From a virus, in the IMG/VR virus record IMGVR_UViG_3300049215_000527, positions 1 to 21,177 of that record: 21,177 nt of DNA; one strand, given 5' to 3'. Shown piece by piece: positions 15,737 through 21,177 of the stretch (positions within the stretch are counted from its first letter, which is position 1; every line of letters begins with the position of its first letter). The position numbers and the translations under genes are program-made. The notes beneath the pieces were generated by a model, which had not been told where the DNA came from, made no database searches, and saw only the letters and a list, made by a program, of their open reading frames with translations.

Positions 15737-15761
15737 AGTATTCTCCCCACCGAGGTCTTTT

Positions 15762-15920
15762 ATGCCACGCGACATTTACTATATGGCCATCATGCTCAAA
15801 CTCCGCTATGGTCAGATTCCCCTGCCCTTTGCCCTCGTTGATGTCGCCACTTGGCTCGGCTTGGTCGATGCGACGCCCAATGAGGTGGCCGTGTTCTTTG
15901 GAGACGATGACGATGCGTGA
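15762..15920 (+). CDS. 52-aa hypothetical protein (MPRDIYYM...)
   Basis: GAGGT RBS. Confidence 0.55.
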   Translation: MPRDIYYMAIMLKLRYGQIPLPFALVDVATWLGLVDATPNEVAVFFGDDDDA

Positions 15921-16011
15921 TACCCTGACCGCGCTTCTGCTCATCGTCGCTGGCCTCGCACTGACCTGGGGCATGATCTTCTGGCAAGATGTGCAGATGC
16001 TGGCGCGGTGA
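15913..16011 (+). CDS. 32-aa single-TM peptide
   Basis: GGAG RBS. MRDTLTALLLIVAGLALTWGMIFWQDVQMLAR. Confidence 0.5.
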   Translation: MRDTLTALLLIVAGLALTWGMIFWQDVQMLAR

Positions 16012-16018
16012 GTACGCG

Positions 16019-16177
16019 ATGAAACCCTGGTTTGAGATAGAGTTTGAAGCGGATAACCCACTGTCCGTTAAGCGCATCATTTTTCGGCGCTGGCACCCAG
16101 GTTACTGGGATTATCTTATCACCTGCGTCTGGCCCGACCAGATCGCCTTTTGGTGGCAACGCGCACGGAAGAAGTAG
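16019..16177 (+). CDS. 52-aa Trp-rich hypothetical protein
   Basis: Fills the gap in the operon. GGTGAG RBS. Confidence 0.45.
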   Translation: MKPWFEIEFEADNPLSVKRIIFRRWHPGYWDYLITCVWPDQIAFWWQRARKK

Positions 16178-16185
16178 GCGTCCCC

Positions 16186-16836
16186 ATGTCCCTCTCCCTC
16201 CTTGCCCAGCGCGTGGCGGATCTGCGCCGTCAGTTGACCGCTACCCTCACCACTTTGGCCGAGGCCACGCTCATCCGTGCCTTCAATGCACTGGAATGGG
16301 ATGAGAACCAACACCCCCGTGGCGCGAATGGCAAGTTCATCGGCGGTGATGGGTTGCATGCCGAGCGCGAGTTGGCGCACCTCAATCATGGTCTCAAGAC
16401 CTTTGATGCCCGCACCAAGACGCTCGATCCCGCCGTGGTGCAACAGGCCAAAGAGCGCATGACGTGGCGCGGTGGGTATAAGGGCTATCGCGATGTGCGG
16501 ATGCAGGCGACGACGGACCTTATCACTAAGGCGGAAAACGGTGCCCGGAGCACGGCAGTGGATCGGATGGATCTGATGCGCCTCGCCTATCTCCGTAACC
16601 TCTATCTGCGTGCCGCCGCCAAAGCCACCATCAGTGCCGCCGCCAAAGCTCGTCTGCGCGATGAAGTCGCTATCATCGACCGCTACACCAAACGGTTCGG
16701 GCGTTTGCTCAAACCCACCGATGCGATGAAACTGCCCGCCGATGAGCGCACCATCCTTGATGCCCAAGTGCATGATGCTATTGCCCGTGACGCCACTCAG
16801 CCTAGTCGCGCTGCTACACGGGTCACGGCCCCCTGA
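16186..16836 (+). CDS. Helical protein with WDENQHPRGANGKF motif (possible virion-associated protein)
   Basis: The HPRxxxGxF motif is recurrent in phage head-associated proteins. Confidence 0.7.
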   Translation: MSLSLLAQRVADLRRQLTATLTTLAEATLIRAFNALEWDENQHPRGANGKFIGGDGLHAERELAHLNHGLKTFDARTKTLDPAVVQQAKERMTWRGGYKGYRDVRMQATTDLITKAENGARSTAVDRMDLMRLAYLRNLYLRAAAKATISAAAKARLRDEVAIIDRYTKRFGRLLKPTDAMKLPADERTILDAQVHDAIARDATQPSRAATRVTAP

Positions 16837-17030
16837 GCGGGGCGCACCTGATCCACCCGCAAACGCACGGGTTCGGCCAGGTCGCCCCGCTCGTAGCCCG
16901 ATACCCACCAACCTCCATACGTGCGGCGGATGGTGAGTAGCAACACCTCGACACCATTGAGCGTGACGCAGGTGCCGAGGCGGTCCCGCAGCCAGAAGGC
17001 GCGGGTAACGCTATCCCACGATGTCCACAT
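16797..17030 (-). CDS. 77-aa antisense-oriented beta-rich protein (MWTSWDSV...)
   Basis: GAAAGAGAGG RBS 6 nt before the ATG at 17030. Fills an otherwise empty gap. Confidence 0.55.
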   Translation of the reverse strand: MWTSWDSVTRAFWLRDRLGTCVTLNGVEVLLLTIRRTYGGWWVSGYERGDLAEPVRLRVDQVRPAQGAVTRVAARLG

Positions 17031-17087
17031 ACGATGCCTCTCTTTCCGAGCACACGATACCACAAGACGATAGAGCGAGCCACTGTC

Positions 17088-17627
17088 ATGCCACATATCC
17101 GTAAAGCCGATGAATGGGATGAGGTCAAAGAAAAAGCCCTTGACTACATCTTTGCTGGTCGGTATTCGACGACGAAAGTGGCGGAACTCGTCGGGGTTTC
17201 CTCCCGCTCGATCGAACGCTGGCTCGCCTCACCCATCTTTCAGCAACGCCTCGAAGCCAAGCGTGCCGATTTGGATGCGGCGCTGGCATCTGTTACGTAT
17301 GCCGATAAGGTTCGCCGCATCCTGGCGCTGAACGAGATGGCCGAAATGGCACGCTGCGAATATGAGGTCCACCCCATCCTGTTGGAAACGCGCCCCATGC
17401 CCAAGGGTGGCGAGCCTGCCGTGACCGAACGCTTCAACCGCGATGCCTTTGAGTGCTTTCGTGGAGCATTGGATGATATCGCCAAGGAACTAGGACAGCG
17501 CAAAGTTGACCCAACGACGACGATTAACAACATTCAGCAGATGGAAGTCGTGGTCTATATGCCGCAGATCGGGCAAAGTGAAGTGACCTATGATCCCGTC
17601 GTCATCGATAGCCCCCAAGCGGATTGA
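17088..17627 (+). CDS. terS: Terminase small subunit (N-terminal HTH)
   Basis: STTKVAELVGVSSRSIERWLASPIF HTH, DIAKELGQR. Overlaps terL. Start is 17034 or 17088. Confidence 0.8.
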   Translation: MPHIRKADEWDEVKEKALDYIFAGRYSTTKVAELVGVSSRSIERWLASPIFQQRLEAKRADLDAALASVTYADKVRRILALNEMAEMARCEYEVHPILLETRPMPKGGEPAVTERFNRDAFECFRGALDDIAKELGQRKVDPTTTINNIQQMEVVVYMPQIGQSEVTYDPVVIDSPQAD

Positions 17628-19029
17628 GTTGCGCCCCCAACCCGGCCCCCAAGAAGCGTTCCTTACCAACGAAGCAGACATCCTGATTTACGGGGGAGCT
17701 GCTGGCGGCGGAAAAACGTGGGCGTTGCTCTTTGACATGATGCGCTATGCTGCCATCAATCCGGTCGCAGGGTTTGGCGCCGTCATTTTTCGCCGCACCA
17801 GTCCTCAGGTCTTGCAACAGGGCGGCTTGTGGGATGAGTCCAGCGCCCTGTATCCTCTCGTTGGCGGCAAGCCCAACCTGAACCGCCTTGAATGGTCCTG
17901 GCCGCAGCATAAGACGCGCATCCGCTTCTCGCATCTACAATACGAAAGCGATATGTTCAACTGGCAAGGGAGTCAAATCGCCCGGCTGGGCTTCGATGAA
18001 TTGACCCACTACCCCGAATCGGTCTTCTGGTATCTGTTGTCCCGCAATCGGAGCACCTGCGGAGTGAAGCCGCAGGTGCGTGCCACCACCAACCCTGATG
18101 CTGACAGTTGGGTCAAGACGTTCTTAGCTCCGTGGGTCGATGAGACGTTCCCGTTACCCGCCAAGAGTGGCGAGGTGCGCCGCTTTGTGCGTGATGCGGG
18201 ACAAATCGTCTGGCTGCCCCCTGGTACGCAACACGCCGACAGCAAAAGCGTGTCCTTCATCGCGGCAAGTATCTTTGACAATCCGGCGCTCCTCAAGGCC
18301 AACCCTGACTATCTCGCCAACCTCAAAGCCTTGCCCCTGGTCGAACGCCAACGCCTGTTGTATGGCGACTGGTCGATTCGCCCATCAGGCAATCTCTTTA
18401 AGCGCCACTGGTTTGAGATTATCGACACGCCCCCCGCCCAGTTCGAGCGCACCGTGCGCTACTGGGATTTGGCAGGTACGGCAGTCAATGGCAGCAATGA
18501 CCCCGACTGGACGGCAGGCGTCAAAGTGGGCCTCTTGGATGGCCGCTACTATGTCCTGGACATCCAGCATGTGCGTGAGACGCCCCACACGGTGGAGCAG
18601 TTGGTGAAACAGACGGCGCAGTTGGATGGGCGGCAATGCCACATCTACATGGAGCAAGAGCCAGGCAGCGCGGGCAAGAAGGTCATTGACGATTACCGCA
18701 CGGCGCTGGCAGGCTATATCTTTAACGGTGTGCGGGTGACGGGGGACAAGGTGCTGCGGGCACAATCCACGTCCAGCCAGGCCGAAGGCGGCAATGTCAA
18801 GTTGGTGCGCGCCTACTGGAATGAAGTGTTTCTGAATGAACTGGCCGCCTTCCCCATGGTCGGTATCCACGATGATATGGTCGATGCGGTGAGTGGTGGC
18901 GTCGAGACCTTGATCATGATGAGTGGCGATGCCCTGGCCTGGGTCAACGAAATGGCGGCCCTCGTCGGTCATGACACCCAACACCACGCCACGCAACACA
19001 GCCAGGACTATCCCACGAACGAACGCTAG
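17590..19029 (+). CDS. terL: Terminase large subunit
   Basis: PQPGPQ, Walker A GGAAGGGKT, Walker B GFDELTH, ATTNP, nuclease WDLA...DWTA...EQEPGSAGK...HDDMVDA. Confidence 0.97.
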   Translation: MIPSSSIAPKRIELRPQPGPQEAFLTNEADILIYGGAAGGGKTWALLFDMMRYAAINPVAGFGAVIFRRTSPQVLQQGGLWDESSALYPLVGGKPNLNRLEWSWPQHKTRIRFSHLQYESDMFNWQGSQIARLGFDELTHYPESVFWYLLSRNRSTCGVKPQVRATTNPDADSWVKTFLAPWVDETFPLPAKSGEVRRFVRDAGQIVWLPPGTQHADSKSVSFIAASIFDNPALLKANPDYLANLKALPLVERQRLLYGDWSIRPSGNLFKRHWFEIIDTPPAQFERTVRYWDLAGTAVNGSNDPDWTAGVKVGLLDGRYYVLDIQHVRETPHTVEQLVKQTAQLDGRQCHIYMEQEPGSAGKKVIDDYRTALAGYIFNGVRVTGDKVLRAQSTSSQAEGGNVKLVRAYWNEVFLNELAAFPMVGIHDDMVDAVSGGVETLIMMSGDALAWVNEMAALVGHDTQHHATQHSQDYPTNER

Positions 19030-19044
19030 CAGAAAGAGCAAAAG

Positions 19045-19503
19045 ATGAGTATGGATCTGGTCCCCTATGCGGGCCACGAACTGGTGTTGGCACCCCATGA
19101 GGACGCCGCCTACGATGTGTTGCTAGATGTCGCCCATCATCGTGCCGAGCAGGCCCAGGCAGAGGCACTCTACACCACGTCCCGCGCCCAAGCGGCCCTG
19201 GAACTACACACCTCGGTGCTGGTGAGCGCCTACAACACGAGCATGCGTCGCGCCGACCCCCCCACCCCCGATCTGTGTGTACCGCTGGATGGCAGCGCCC
19301 TCTCTGAGTCGCAGCGCACCGCGTTTCAAGCATGGTTGCAGACGCAAGAGGCATGGCGGGTGGCATCACCCGTTGGTCCCGTTGAGTTGATGCAGGCGGC
19401 GTTGTTAAAGCAAGAGGAATTACAGGCGCGGGTCTATGAGGATCTGCATGCCTTGTACGAGGTGCCCTTAGAGGTGACGGTGCGAGAGGAGCCCGCGTCA
19501 TGA
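19045..19503 (+). CDS. Hypothetical phage protein
   Basis: ORF between terL and portal. ATGA overlap. Confidence 0.7.
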   Translation: MSMDLVPYAGHELVLAPHEDAAYDVLLDVAHHRAEQAQAEALYTTSRAQAALELHTSVLVSAYNTSMRRADPPTPDLCVPLDGSALSESQRTAFQAWLQTQEAWRVASPVGPVELMQAALLKQEELQARVYEDLHALYEVPLEVTVREEPAS

Positions 19504-20015
19504 CGACTTATGTCCCCGCCACGGGCGTGCAACTGCCATCGACCTTTGGCCCTGATGGCAAGACCCGCATGCCGTGCCCCTACTGCACGCACATCATCCC
19601 CGATGTGACGTTGGCACAGCGCACGATCTATGAAGTGACGGGCGTTGCCACGTGGATTGATTGTGCCTGCTTCACGGGGCAAGGGGAATCGCCCTTCAAT
19701 GTCCACCTCTCTGGCTGTAACTGCATCGCTCGCTTTCGTGTGAAACCTGTGGGCGGTGGGCGCTACGAAGTGGATGGGGTGGATTACCCCACGATGGAGG
19801 CGCGGCGGGTGGAGCGCGAGGAGGTCACGTATGCACCTATGGACGATGCGCCATTGCCCGCTGCTCTGCCAGCGCCGCCGACGGAACCCGCAGCGGTTGC
19901 CCCAGAGGAAGCGGCGGATACGCCATTGCCCGCTGGCCATTCACGCCCGATCTTGAGTGATGCGCACTTGGTCGATGAGGCACCCAAGCCGAAACGTTCC
20001 CGCCGCACAAAGTAA
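19500..20015 (+). CDS. Hypothetical protein with Cys cluster and Pro/Ala-rich tail
   Basis: GAGGAG RBS. CPYC...CAC...CNC. Confidence 0.7.
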   Translation: MTTYVPATGVQLPSTFGPDGKTRMPCPYCTHIIPDVTLAQRTIYEVTGVATWIDCACFTGQGESPFNVHLSGCNCIARFRVKPVGGGRYEVDGVDYPTMEARRVEREEVTYAPMDDAPLPAALPAPPTEPAAVAPEEAADTPLPAGHSRPILSDAHLVDEAPKPKRSRRTK

Positions 20016-20051
20016 CTGTATTGCCCTCATCCCCAGCATAGGACACCCCAC

Positions 20052-21177
20052 ATGGCGACAACTGCCCGCATCAAGCGCACTGGACAACCGGATACGACGC
20101 GCGCGGTGCCGCAGGTGCCACAGGGGGCCAAACTGCGCGCGGTGCGCAAAGAGGCGCAGGTGGGGCCCTATCTTGCCAATCAATACGGCAACAACACGAT
20201 CCCAACAGATATCCTGAATGCGCCGCTCTCCATCCAGCAGGCACCGACGACCTTCCTGCCTGGCGATCCGGTACGCGCGACGCCAGGCCTCGATGATGGG
20301 CAGGCGGGACCCCGCACGTGGTCGTATCCGGTCGGCACCAATATCAATCCCCTGCCCCGGCAAACCGAGTTCATCCCCTTTGAGATGTTGCGGGGCTTAG
20401 CCCGCAACTTCTATGGCATTGGCCTTTGCCTCGAAGTCCATAATCGCATCATCCAGCGCCTCGAACCACAGTTTCAGCCCCGCGACGGTATCGTGCCCCC
20501 CGACGAAGACCCCACCGATCCCAAGTGGACGCGGCCTGCTATGCTCATGAATGAGTGGCTCATGGATGGCCCCAATGTAGGCCATGATGGCCGCGATCTG
20601 CATGGCTGGCTCAGTGCCTTGCATCGGGATTTGATGGAGATTGATGCCGCCGCCATCTATCATGTGCAAACCAAGGCAGGTTGGCTCGATGGCCTCCGCC
20701 TCATCGCCGCCGACACCATTCAGACGTTGTATGACACGACGGGTGAACGGCCCCAGCCGCCCTATGCCGCCTTCCGGCAAGTGTTGTATGGTGCCCCGGC
20801 GAAGGCCCTGACGACGGACAACCTCGACTATCTGATGTTCAATCCCCGTAGCGACAGTCCGTATGGTATCAGCCCCGTCGAACGCATGCTCATCAGCGTC
20901 AATGTGGCCCTGCGCAAACAGGACTGGGATCTGCGGCGCTTCACCGATGGCGCAACGCCCGCTGGGCTCTTGCTCAACAACAACACCAACAGCACCAACT
21001 GGACACCAGAGCAGGTGCGGCTCTTTGAGCGGCAATTTAACGAGATCCTGGCGGGCAATACGGCGCTGCGGGTCCGCACCAAAGTGCTGCCCCCCGGCTG
21101 GACGTTCCAACAGAACCAGATGGAGGCGATTGACTCCACCTTTGACCGCTACTTGCTCAACATTGCGGCGGCCATGT
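20052..21177 (+). CDS. Phage portal protein (3'-truncated by window; absent from ORF track)
   Basis: Hand translation: MATTARIK...YPVGTNINP...FEMLRGLA...DLMEIDAAAIY...NPRSDSPYGISPVE...FTDGATPAGLL...WTPEQVRLFERQF. Confidence 0.92.
   Translation, partial: MATTARIKRTGQPDTTRAVPQVPQGAKLRAVRKEAQVGPYLANQYGNNTIPTDILNAPLSIQQAPTTFLPGDPVRATPGLDDGQAGPRTWSYPVGTNINPLPRQTEFIPFEMLRGLARNFYGIGLCLEVHNRIIQRLEPQFQPRDGIVPPDEDPTDPKWTRPAMLMNEWLMDGPNVGHDGRDLHGWLSALHRDLMEIDAAAIYHVQTKAGWLDGLRLIAADTIQTLYDTTGERPQPPYAAFRQVLYGAPAKALTTDNLDYLMFNPRSDSPYGISPVERMLISVNVALRKQDWDLRRFTDGATPAGLLLNNNTNSTNWTPEQVRLFERQFNEILAGNTALRVRTKVLPPGWTFQQNQMEAIDSTFDRYLLNIAAAM

Larger units (their letters stand above)
1..21177 (+). mobile_element. 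Temperate phage/prophage segment (early, replication and packaging modules)
   Basis: Initiator plus DnaB, orphan methyltransferases, tyrosine recombinase, and TerS/TerL/portal in typical phage order. Dense small co-oriented ORFs with ATGA/TAATG overlaps. Confidence 0.95.

Noticed and set aside
20397-21110. 237-aa - strand ORF and other long antisense ORFs (8273..9013, 16111..16911, 18385..19098)
   Set aside because: Shadows of GC-rich + strand genes (portal, DUF4031, terL).

Overview
The whole window is a segment of a tailed dsDNA temperate phage or prophage, GC-rich, with almost all genes on the + strand and many stop/start overlaps. The host is uncertain. Left to right it holds: a divergent HTH switch; a two-gene pair (small RQGDV/HEEH protein plus a DUF6745-type protein with a 22x12-nt combinatorial repeat); small early genes; a C5 methyltransferase and a frameshifted N6-adenine methyltransferase; a replication initiator with internal iterons, followed by DnaB; and DUF4031, ASCH and DUF4326 accessory genes. 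Next come an AT-rich moron (perfect sigma70 promoter, very acidic protein, small DNA-binding protein) and a 264-bp protein-less IS607/TnpB-derived element that appears to keep only the omegaRNA scaffold, sitting in-frame inside a phage gene. The right part has a tyrosine recombinase preceded by a dif/lox-like site, an XRE regulator, an aberrant tRNA-like element, TerS, TerL, and a portal gene running off the edge. Family assignments come from motif recognition by eye; no searches were run.
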